This document shows, in pieces, positions 1-8,156 of a DNA stretch of 64,000 nt (position 1 is the stretch's first letter; the number at the start of each line of letters is the position of its first letter). Source of the stretch: an uncultured Veillonellaceae bacterium (GTDB lineage: Bacteria > Bacillota > Negativicutes > JARBTT01); the NCBI GenBank assembly GCA_963805085.1, contig CAWDTA010000005.1, positions 512,001 through 576,000 on the forward strand, in the 5' to 3' direction. The notes under the pieces were generated by a model. It worked only from the letters and a program-made list of their open reading frames with translations, did no database searches and was not told where the DNA came from. A program made the translations under genes and the position numbers.

Positions 1-404
1 TTTACGTCTGTCTCATCTGACAACAAATTTGAAGTGGTAATTCCATTGGTTAATACAGTTAAATCTTTTTTCTCTGATAATCTCCTTGTGAAGTAAAGAC
101 AAGTACTGCTTGAATCGATGAAAAGATTCTGACCGTCTTTCACAAAGTCAATTGCTAAGTTAGCGATATGAATTTTTTTATCAATGTTTTCTTTGTTTTT
201 GTATAATAGAGGCCACTCTAGATGATTGTTTTCTATATAGAAAGCTCCACCGCGTGTTCTACGTATCAGTCCTTGTTTTTCTAAGCTATTTAAATCTCTA
301 CGTGTAGTAGCTTCACTTACAAAAAGTTTCTTACATAAGTCATTTACCGAAACATATTTCTTTACCTCAAGTAAACGTAATAAATCTTTCTCTCGTTCTA
401 TCAT
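1..404 (-). CDS. DeoR/GlpR family transcriptional regulator (3' end outside window)
   Basis: Manual translation from ATG at 404: MIEREKDLLRLLEVKKYVSVNDLCKKLFVSEATTRRDLNSLEKQGLIRRTRGGA, a DeoR HTH (SEATxRRDL...RTRGGA); not in ORF track. Confidence 0.9.
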   Translation of the reverse strand, partial: MIEREKDLLRLLEVKKYVSVNDLCKKLFVSEATTRRDLNSLEKQGLIRRTRGGAFYIENNHLEWPLLYKNKENIDKKIHIANLAIDFVKDGQNLFIDSSSTCLYFTRRLSEKKDLTVLTNGITTSNLLSDETDV

Positions 405-653
405 AGCAATTCTCCGATTCAAGGTGGATTTTGATTGAAATCAATCATTTGTTTCATAATATCATACTATAAAATGATTGTTAATCATAATATCCGGCAA
501 GTATATACAAAAAATAATGGACTGTTATAATGAAGCTACCTACTAAAAGATAATAAGAAGAAAGGAGAGAAGAAGCCTATAGGTATAATGAATGTCCATA
601 TGGACGTATAAAGAAATTGGATAATAAGGAAGTATTCTAAAGGGAGGATCTAT

Positions 654-1520
654 ATGTTATACAATATGACGGATTTACTAAATGTTGCTTATGAAAACAA
701 ATTTGCAATTGGCGCTTTTAATGTTGCTAACAGCGAATTTGTAAAAGTGGTTATTGATGCGGCCGAAGCACAGAATTCACCTGCTATCATACAAATTCAT
801 CCACTTGAAATCAATTTGATTGAGGATGATTTTATTGCTTATGTTCGAGAAGCGGTTAAAAATTCAAAGATACCGATGGCTATTCATCTTGATCACGGTG
901 GGAATTTACAGGATGTTGTACGGGCAATAAGAAATGGTTATACATCTGTTATGATTGATGCTTCTCATCTCTCTTATGAAGAAAATATTGAAATTACGAA
1001 AAAAATTGTGGAAATAGCTCATGCAGTGAATGTTTCTGTAGAAGCAGAGCTTGGAACAATTGGATTAAATGAAGGAAGCGGGGAAGGGGGAAGCGACGAT
1101 ATTCTTTATACTGATCCAAAGCAAGCAGCGGAGTTTGTTAAAAAGACAGGCATAGATACTCTTGCAGTTGCAATCGGTACTTCACACGGAATATATCCTA
1201 AGACAAAAGAACATTCTATTAAGATAGATCGCCTGAAAGAGATAAAGAAACAGGTATCTATCCCGCTCGTGTTGCATGGTGGTTCTGATAATGCAGATGA
1301 TGAAATTAGAGAAACAACAAAGAATGGAGTTGCGAAAATTAATTTAGCATCAGACATGAAGCGGGCATTCTACCGTCAACTTCAAAAAACATTAAATGAT
1401 AAACCAAATGATTATGAATCTTTTATTGTAATTCCAGAAGCGACAAAGGCGGCAACAGAGTTAGTAAAGAAAAAAATGGATTTATTTGGTTCAACAGGAA
1501 AAGCTCGATTATATAAATAA
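654..1520 (+). CDS. Class II ketose-bisphosphate aldolase
   Basis: IHLDHG, SVMIDAS, EAELG, AIGTSHG, LVLHGGS motifs; GGGAGG RBS; divergent from DeoR. Confidence 0.93.
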   Translation: MLYNMTDLLNVAYENKFAIGAFNVANSEFVKVVIDAAEAQNSPAIIQIHPLEINLIEDDFIAYVREAVKNSKIPMAIHLDHGGNLQDVVRAIRNGYTSVMIDASHLSYEENIEITKKIVEIAHAVNVSVEAELGTIGLNEGSGEGGSDDILYTDPKQAAEFVKKTGIDTLAVAIGTSHGIYPKTKEHSIKIDRLKEIKKQVSIPLVLHGGSDNADDEIRETTKNGVAKINLASDMKRAFYRQLQKTLNDKPNDYESFIVIPEATKAATELVKKKMDLFGSTGKARLYK

Positions 1521-1558
1521 TACAAATCGTTTGTTGTAGAAGGAACCTATAGACCAGA

Positions 1559-1642
1559 TGACAGTGTCCAGTGCTTCAAAATATCAAATCGCTAGAAAAT
1601 TTATAGTTCGGATAGTAGAATATAATGCTCCAAGAAAATGAA
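1559..1642 (+). repeat. Dispersed ~84-bp repeat family A, copy 1
   Basis: About 68/84 identical by manual alignment to 14449-14530; core also at 20231-20280. Confidence 0.85.
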
Positions 1643-1656
1643 GAAGACATAACTAA

Positions 1657-1890
1657 CATGATGGAGAGAAAAAGACGTTGGGAATAATGCTGCAAGGGCG
1701 ATATAAATTTGAGACTTCGGATAAGGAACATATGGAGCTTTTGGCTGGCAAACTAGAAGTATTGCTTCCTCATAGTAAAGAATGGATTTCGATTGAGGCT
1801 GGGCAGACTTTTGAAATTCCAGCATATTCAAAATCTAAAATTGTTGCAAAAGAAGTCTCAGATTATTGCTGTTCATATTTAAAAGAGTAA
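1657..1890 (+). pseudogene. ppnP: 5'-truncated pyrimidine/purine nucleoside phosphorylase (PpnP/YaiE, DUF1255)
   Basis: Frame reads HDGEKKTLGIMLQGRYKFETSDKEHMELLAG...DYCCSY; in-frame TAA at 1654-1656; the usual ~30 N-terminal residues are absent. Confidence 0.8.
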
Positions 1891-2022
1891 ATGGTACAAA
1901 GCAACGATTCTATTCATTTCAAATATCGCCCAATAGAAGATAACTAGAAAAAATTATTGGAAGATAGGTATAAAAGTGATAAAAAATATCGTTTATATAA
2001 CCTTATAAGCAAGATGAATTAG

Positions 2023-2054
2023 AAAAGTATCAGCGTAATGCTGGTACTTTTTTT
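2023..2054 (+). terminator. Intrinsic terminator
   Basis: aaaagtatcagc-gtaat-gctggtactttt followed by a T-run. Confidence 0.75.
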
Positions 2055-2133
2055 GAATCATTGCACAAGATTCACATACTTTTTCGTCATGCTAGAAACC
2101 GAGCTGGTTTATCATAAAAAATATTATACAGTT

Positions 2134-2160
2134 GCAAGAGTTTTATTTCTTTTGTCGAAT
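2134..2160 (+). promoter_or_regulatory. SigH-like promoter
   Basis: gcAAGA-N17-GAAT, same spacing as the AGGA-N17-GAAT sites at 35640 and 37869. Confidence 0.4.
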
Positions 2161-2325
2161 AATAACAATAGTTGGAAATTGAAATGAAAATGTCATACTA
2201 TTAAAGGAGAATCTCTTTATATTCGTATTCTACGGACTATTGATAAAAGATTACCTATTAATGTGTTCAGGTATATTCAATTTGATAGAGTCACGAGTGC
2301 ATTATTGTGTTGAGGAGTGTTAAAA

Positions 2326-3186
2326 ATGAGTGTAAAAGTTATGATTGTAGACGATTCCCCCTTTTCAAGAATGATGATTGTAGAGGCATTATCTGATAGC
2401 GGATATGAAGTTGTTGGAGAGGCCGATTCGCTGGAATCTTTAATTGAAACCTATAATAATTGCAAGCCTGATATTGTTACTATGGATATAGCGATGCCGG
2501 GAGCTGATGGTTTTGAATGCAGTAGAGAACTTCGGTTGATTGATCCTAAAGCAAAGATCATACTTTGTAGTTCGATGAAAGATGAAGAGACGGAGATTGA
2601 AGCCAAGCGTATTGGGATTTCTGGCTACGTACAAAAACCGATAGAGGGAGAAAACTTAATAAAAGTAATACGTAATGTACTGGCACCTGATACTCTTTAT
2701 GAACAATTATTGGAAAGAGGACTTGAAACTTTTAAAGAGGCTCTTTCTCAAAATGTTACACGCATGGCTAAAATTCCAGTTGAGTTTAAACCTGTAGAAA
2801 TTTCTGATGAAAAATATATGTCGCAGGGGATTACTACTGTCATCGGTATAATTGGCCAATATTCTGGATCTATGATTATAGACTTATCTCCTGAGTCTGC
2901 TGAGAAAATAGCAGAAGCTCTTTTGCGTCGTCCTACAAAAAAACAAGAGGAATTATTGGCTATGGTGGCGGAACTGGCAAATATAGTTGCTGGGGTTGCG
3001 TGTTCAATGATAAATAAGAAAGAGAAGGCTTTTGCTTTGCGTGTATCTCCTCCTAGTATTTTTCACGGTAATACAGCAGAGATTGTAAGTCCGAGCGTCA
3101 AAATCCACCATGCCATGGCTGATACTGATTTGGGAAGTATCTATCTAGGAGTTGGATTTAAGAAAGGAGCAGCATTATGGATGTAA
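2326..3186 (+). CDS. Response regulator: CheY-like receiver fused to a CheX/CheC phosphatase domain
   Basis: IVDDS, DIVTMDIAMP, QKP receiver motifs; C-terminal AELANIVAG (ExxN) and VSPP CheX motifs; start moved to ATG 2326 after GAGGAG. Confidence 0.88.
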   Translation: MSVKVMIVDDSPFSRMMIVEALSDSGYEVVGEADSLESLIETYNNCKPDIVTMDIAMPGADGFECSRELRLIDPKAKIILCSSMKDEETEIEAKRIGISGYVQKPIEGENLIKVIRNVLAPDTLYEQLLERGLETFKEALSQNVTRMAKIPVEFKPVEISDEKYMSQGITTVIGIIGQYSGSMIIDLSPESAEKIAEALLRRPTKKQEELLAMVAELANIVAGVACSMINKKEKAFALRVSPPSIFHGNTAEIVSPSVKIHHAMADTDLGSIYLGVGFKKGAALWM

Positions 3187-3644
3187 GCCTCATAAATCCG
3201 ATATTATCCGCTTTTTATGAGATAATTCCACAAATTGGATTTCAGAAAATAGAGAAGAAAAGTATATCGTTAGTAGGATCTACTTTTGATTATAGTGGGG
3301 TATTAATTAATCTCGCAGTTGTTGGTTCGGTAAAAGGAGTAATACTGATTGGAATGGATATGGGTTCAGCAAAGCAGTTTGCTTCAAAAATGATGATGGG
3401 AATGGAGGTAACAGAGTTTGATGCGTTAGCACAGAGTGCAGTTTCAGAAATGGGAAATATGGTTTGCGCCAATGCCTGTACGCAATTTGCTAAAGTTGAT
3501 ATAGATAGTCTTGATATATCGCCTCCTACACTTATGATTTCTCAGGGGGGGCAAGCTACTTTGCCAATGCCTCAGACAATTATTATTCATTTTTTAGTTG
3601 ATGATGCAATCGATGTTAAAGTGTATGTCGGATTGATGAAATAG
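3177..3644 (+). CDS. cheX: Chemotaxis phosphatase CheX
   Basis: INPIL N-terminus, SAVSEMGNMVCANA, ISPPT. Confidence 0.88.
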   Translation: MDVSLINPILSAFYEIIPQIGFQKIEKKSISLVGSTFDYSGVLINLAVVGSVKGVILIGMDMGSAKQFASKMMMGMEVTEFDALAQSAVSEMGNMVCANACTQFAKVDIDSLDISPPTLMISQGGQATLPMPQTIIIHFLVDDAIDVKVYVGLMK

Positions 3645-3741
3645 AGAGGTAAAGAAAGACGAAAAGAACTGTACTGCTAACCGCCACCTTGTCTGTTTTA
3701 TTTAGTAATTTGATAATATGTAGTGGATGGGGGAGATTCTG

Positions 3742-3915
3742 GTGGCATTCATCGATTGGAACGAAAATTTTAGTGTTAATTTTGCTGAATTTGACGAGGA
3801 ACACAAAAAAATTGTACGAATGGTTAATTCTCTCCATGAGATAATAAAAGTAGGAAAAGGTAAAGAGATTGGCACTGGCGTACTTAATGACATGAAGTTT
3901 AGCTTTTATAAGTGA
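3742..3915 (+). pseudogene. 3'-truncated bacteriohemerythrin
   Basis: VAFIDWNENFSVNFAEFDEEHKKIVRMVNSLH is the hemerythrin N-terminus (W...D.EH); the ORF stops before the HFxxEE iron ligands. Confidence 0.8.
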
Positions 3916-3929
3916 TTTGAAAAATTTGC

Positions 3930-3958
3930 TTGACATATAAAATAAAAATTGGTACCTT
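3930..3958 (+). promoter_or_regulatory. SigA promoter
   Basis: TTGACA-N17-TACCTT with extended TG. Confidence 0.6.
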
Positions 3959-3983
3959 ATAATAAGGTAAGCAAATAGAGATA

Positions 3984-4040
3984 GTCAAAGGTGACGAAAT
4001 AACTGAGTTGTGTGAATTTAGTTGTTTTGTCACCTTTTTT
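3984..4040 (+). promoter_or_regulatory. Leader attenuator: ANTAR-type hexaloop hairpin overlapping an intrinsic terminator
   Basis: gtc-AAAGGT-gac (A1/G4 loop) overlaps the 5' arm of a ~23-bp stem aaaggtgacgaaataactgagtt/aatttagttgttttgtcaccttt plus T-run. Confidence 0.7.
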
Positions 4041-4048
4041 ATATATGT

Positions 4049-4084
4049 TTCAGTAATTGGTATACCAGTATACCAATTACTGAA
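4049..4084. promoter_or_regulatory. FadR/GntR operator palindrome
   Basis: Perfect 17-bp arms ttcagtaattggtatac-ca-gtataccaattactgaa containing TGGTATACCA, just before the FadR RBS. Confidence 0.75.
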
Positions 4085-4100
4085 GAAAGGAGTAATTGGT

Positions 4101-4826
4101 ATGTTTCGTTCTTTAAACAGATTAAACGGAGCCGAAAGTCTATATCACCAAGTTATAGAAAATATTCGGAAACTTGTATTGGAAGGAAAGCTAAAGTCCG
4201 GAGAAAAATTGCCGTCAGAGCGAGATCTGGCTGAAATGTATGGAGTCAGTCGTGTCCCGGTACGCGAAGCGTTGAAGACATTGGAGTTTTTGGGAATAGT
4301 GCAAAGTGTTCGCGGTGATGGGGTATATATTCAAAACATACAGGCAAAAGATTTGCTCGAAAATGTTGAGTTTGCTATGCAGGATAATGAGAATGAGCTG
4401 CTGTCGGAGCTCTTTGAGGCAAGGTCAGCCGTCGAAGTGAAGGCTGCACAGCTGGCTGCTTTGCGAAGAACCGACCAGGAGCTTGAAGAAATGCTGGAAG
4501 CTGTACTGGATATGGAGCGTGATTTGTTATTGAAGCGAGATCCAAGTATGTCTTCTTACAAATTTCATTTAGCTATTGTGAAAGCTTCACATAATCGGGT
4601 ATTGTACCGTATTCATGATAATCTTTCTGATATGTTGAAACTGTCTCGTAAAAAATCATTGGGGGTGAAAGGTCATAGTGAAATCGCTTTGGATTTTCAT
4701 AAACAATTGTTAAAGAAAATCCGGGACAAAAATGCAGAAGCTGCAGGGAATTTAATGGCGGACCATCTTTATAAGGCAAGTCTTGTAATTGAGAACAACA
4801 AAAACAGCAATGATTATGAAATTTAG
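4101..4826 (+). CDS. FadR/GntR family regulator (FCD domain)
   Basis: GEKLPSERDLAEMYGVSRVPVREAL; FH...ASHN FCD motif; start moved to ATG 4101 after AAAGGAG. Confidence 0.93.
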   Translation: MFRSLNRLNGAESLYHQVIENIRKLVLEGKLKSGEKLPSERDLAEMYGVSRVPVREALKTLEFLGIVQSVRGDGVYIQNIQAKDLLENVEFAMQDNENELLSELFEARSAVEVKAAQLAALRRTDQELEEMLEAVLDMERDLLLKRDPSMSSYKFHLAIVKASHNRVLYRIHDNLSDMLKLSRKKSLGVKGHSEIALDFHKQLLKKIRDKNAEAAGNLMADHLYKASLVIENNKNSNDYEI

Positions 4827-4837
4827 GAGGTATTAAC

Positions 4838-6196
4838 ATGGGGGCAAGTATTGCAGTATTGGTAGTTGTCTGGGTTGTCTATATGATTATTAAAAAGTTT
4901 TATCCGCAGGCGGTACTTTTAATAGCAGGCATGATTCTTCTTTTGGCAGCCTGTTTACTGGGGCATACACCGATATTAGAAGGAAAGCAGTCTTCTGGTG
5001 CTGCTTTTCTGGATATTTTTAATACAATCAGTGTTTTGCTTAGTTCGCGTGTGGCTGGACTAGGTCTGACTATTATGTCCATTGCAGGTTTTGCAAAGTA
5101 TATGGAACACATTGGGGCAAGTAAATCTTTGTTTGCTCTAGTTGCTTCTCCGATTAAGCATATCAAGTCTCCTTATATTCTGTTGGTGTTTAGTTTTTTT
5201 ATCAGCCAGCTCTTGGTGCTATTTATTCCAAGCCATGCTGGATTAGGGCTACTTCTCATGGTGATGTTGTATCCGATATTGGTACGGGCTGGTGTTAGCA
5301 AACTTTCCGCATTAGGGGTAATTGGCTGTGCACAGTATATGGATGTGGGGCCTGGCTCTGGTAATGCAATTCTAGCGGCAAATATTTGCAAGTTAGAACC
5401 GTCAGTATACTTTGTAAATTATCAACTGCCCATATTTGTGGTAACAACCTTGATTCTTGGTGTTACACACTTTTTTGTGCAAAGGTGGTGGGATAAAAAA
5501 GAAGGGTTCTGTGGAAATGAAGATGTGACAGGAATAGTTGAGCAAGACGAAAGCCATCCGCCACTTATTTATGCCATTCTGCCAATCATTCCGATGGTTC
5601 TCATCCTTGGGTTTAGCCCGATTTTTCACAGCAAAATTAAAATGGATGTTGTTACCGCGATGTTTTTAAGCACTTTTATCAGTATGGTTTTCGAGTATTT
5701 TAGAACCAAAGATCATCGGGCTGTTTTAAAAAGCTTACAGCATTTGTATGATGGAATGGGAAGAAGCTTTGCTACAGTAGTCAGCCTGATTGTGGCTGGT
5801 GAAGTATTTGCCACTGGCTTAACAAAAATTGGTGCTGTAGACGTAATGACTTCAGGTGCACAGAATCTAGGGCTTGACATTCATGGTTTAGTTATTCTAT
5901 TTTGTATAGTCATTGCTGGCTGTGCCTTTTTAATGGGTTCAGGAAATGCTGCGTTTTTCTCGTTTTCAGCTCTAGCACCTAAAATTGCAGCGGCAATGCA
6001 TATTGACGTCATTACGTTGGTGTTACCTATGCAGATTATGACAAGTTTTGGCCGTGTTGTGTCGCCGATTACAGCGGCGATTGTTGCCATTGCCGGAGTT
6101 GCCGACGTGTCTCCGGTACAAGTTGTCAAACGGACAGCGATTCCTATGGCAGTAGCCGCAATTATAAATGTGGTATTTATCTTTATTAATTCATAA
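4838..6196 (+). CDS. dcuC: DcuC/DcuD family C4-dicarboxylate transporter
   Basis: Multi-TM; GLGLTIMSIAGFAKYM, MGSGNAAFFSF, GRVVSPITA, VKRTAIP. Confidence 0.9.
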   Translation: MGASIAVLVVVWVVYMIIKKFYPQAVLLIAGMILLLAACLLGHTPILEGKQSSGAAFLDIFNTISVLLSSRVAGLGLTIMSIAGFAKYMEHIGASKSLFALVASPIKHIKSPYILLVFSFFISQLLVLFIPSHAGLGLLLMVMLYPILVRAGVSKLSALGVIGCAQYMDVGPGSGNAILAANICKLEPSVYFVNYQLPIFVVTTLILGVTHFFVQRWWDKKEGFCGNEDVTGIVEQDESHPPLIYAILPIIPMVLILGFSPIFHSKIKMDVVTAMFLSTFISMVFEYFRTKDHRAVLKSLQHLYDGMGRSFATVVSLIVAGEVFATGLTKIGAVDVMTSGAQNLGLDIHGLVILFCIVIAGCAFLMGSGNAAFFSFSALAPKIAAAMHIDVITLVLPMQIMTSFGRVVSPITAAIVAIAGVADVSPVQVVKRTAIPMAVAAIINVVFIFINS

Positions 6197-6210
6197 AGGG
6201 GATGTTTTAA

Positions 6211-6804
6211 TTGAAATGCGCGAAATGTACGCACAAAAAATGTTATTTGGAAGGACAGAATTGTACGAAGATTACTGTCGATGATGTAAAAAACGCCTAT
6301 GAAGGGCCGAAACTGGATATTATGAAGGCAGCTGCCTGCACAGAAGGTCGTTTTTACAATAATCTTACTCGATTAGAAGAAACATCTGAATTTTGCAAAA
6401 TGATGGGGTATAAGAAAATTGGAATAGCTTTTTGCATAGGCCTTAATAAGGAAGCCAAGCTGATTGAAGAATATTTTGCTAAAACATTTGAAGTTTATTC
6501 TGTTTGCTGCAAGGTTTGCGGTGTAGCTAAAGAAAATCTAAAACTGGAGCAAATAAAAAAAGATTCGCGTGAAACAATGTGCAATCCGTTGATGCAAGCC
6601 GAGATGTTAAAAAACAAAGGGGTAGAGTTTTGCGTTACCGTAGGTCTTTGTGTAGGGCATGATGCGCTATTTACAGGGGCTGCAAGTGTCCCTGTATCCT
6701 GCCTAGTAGCAAAAGACAGGGTACTTGCGCATAATCCATTGGGTGCCGTGTACTCGCGCTATTGGCGGAAAAAACTCGGGATTACTGTAGAAAATGAGGT
6801 ATAA
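6211..6804 (+). CDS. DUF1847 Cys-rich putative metal-binding protein
   Basis: TRLEE, GIAFCIGL, VCCKVCG, MCNP, GLCVGHD, KDRVLAHNP. Confidence 0.88.
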   Translation: MKCAKCTHKKCYLEGQNCTKITVDDVKNAYEGPKLDIMKAAACTEGRFYNNLTRLEETSEFCKMMGYKKIGIAFCIGLNKEAKLIEEYFAKTFEVYSVCCKVCGVAKENLKLEQIKKDSRETMCNPLMQAEMLKNKGVEFCVTVGLCVGHDALFTGAASVPVSCLVAKDRVLAHNPLGAVYSRYWRKKLGITVENEV

Positions 6805-6839
6805 CAAATCGTTCTAATAAAAGACAGGAGAGATGATAT

Positions 6840-8006
6840 ATGACGAAGCATAATTTTGATGAACTGATCAACCGGAGAGGTACAGAATGTAAAAAATGGG
6901 ATACTTATGCTGATGATATTATTCCTATGTGGATTGCAGATACTGACTTTAAGTGTCCACAGCCGGTTATTGATGCTATGGTAGAAAGAGCACAGCACGG
7001 TATTTATGGTTATCCTGTAAATGATCAAAATTTTGAAAAATCTATTGTTAATTGGCAGAAAAAAAGGTTTGGTTGGGAGATTAACCCGGATTGGGTAGAA
7101 TATACTCCTGCTGTTATACCTGCTATTATCTATGCAATGTATGCCTTCACAAACCCAGGGGATAACATTGTCGTTCAGATGCCTGCCTATCATCCTTTTC
7201 ATGCCATTATTCCCAATAATGGCAGACATATTCTTGGCAACAGTCTTATTTTACAAAAGGACGGCAGCTATGAAATTGACTTTGATAATCTTGAAGAATT
7301 ATTGAGTAAAAAGAGAACTACCATGTTCCTTTTGTGCAGTCCGCATAATCCTACAGGTAAATGTTTCACAAGAGAAGAATTAAGTAGAATGTCTGAACTT
7401 TGTTTGAAATACAACGTATTTGTTGTATCTGACGAAATTCATTCGGACATAGTTTACAAAGGAAGCAAACATATTCCTTATGGAAGTCTTTCTAAGAAGG
7501 CTGCCGATAACTGTGTGGTTTGCGTTAATCCAAGCAAGACTTTTAACATAGCAGGCGTAAGAACAGGGGCCGTAGTAATTCCAAATCGTCATAACCATGA
7601 TTTGTTTTATGCTCCGCTGGAAAATCTTAAAGCTTACGGCAGAACGATATTCGGTACACTGCCAATCGAAATCAGCTATAATGAGTGTGATTACTATGCC
7701 GATCAACTGCTGGAATATCTTGAAGGAAATCTCGAATATTTAAAAAAATTTCTTTCAGAAAAGGTACCCCAAATTAAAGTAGGAAAGCCTCAGGCGACCT
7801 ATCTAATTTGGCTGAATTGCAAAGACCTGGATATGGAGCCGAAAAATTTACAGAAAATTTTTCTAGAGAAAGCTAAGGTTGCCATGAACGAAGGCTCTAC
7901 TTTTGGCTCTGGAGGCGCTGGGTTTATGAGAATGAATATCGCCTGTCCGCGTTCCAGATTAATTGAAGCACTTAATAGAATAGAAAAAGCTGTAAATATG
8001 CTTTAG
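6840..8006 (+). CDS. PLP-dependent MalY/PatB family C-S lyase
   Basis: PMWIADTDF, CSPHNPTG, SDEIH, PSKTFNIAG, RMNIACPR. Confidence 0.92.
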   Translation: MTKHNFDELINRRGTECKKWDTYADDIIPMWIADTDFKCPQPVIDAMVERAQHGIYGYPVNDQNFEKSIVNWQKKRFGWEINPDWVEYTPAVIPAIIYAMYAFTNPGDNIVVQMPAYHPFHAIIPNNGRHILGNSLILQKDGSYEIDFDNLEELLSKKRTTMFLLCSPHNPTGKCFTREELSRMSELCLKYNVFVVSDEIHSDIVYKGSKHIPYGSLSKKAADNCVVCVNPSKTFNIAGVRTGAVVIPNRHNHDLFYAPLENLKAYGRTIFGTLPIEISYNECDYYADQLLEYLEGNLEYLKKFLSEKVPQIKVGKPQATYLIWLNCKDLDMEPKNLQKIFLEKAKVAMNEGSTFGSGGAGFMRMNIACPRSRLIEALNRIEKAVNML

Positions 8007-8053
8007 TGATCATAGTCTAGCAAAATATAGATATTTTGTAAATTTGACATTAG

Positions 8054-8097
8054 AGTTGATAAAACTGTGCTATTTAGCCGAATTTATCAACTTTTTT
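8054..8097 (+). terminator. Intrinsic terminator
   Basis: agttgataaa...tttatcaact plus T-run. Confidence 0.6.
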
Positions 8098-8156
8098 GTC
8101 ATAGGAAGAAAAAGTTGATTTATGGAAGGCTTTATTTTAATGGAGGTGGATGATTT

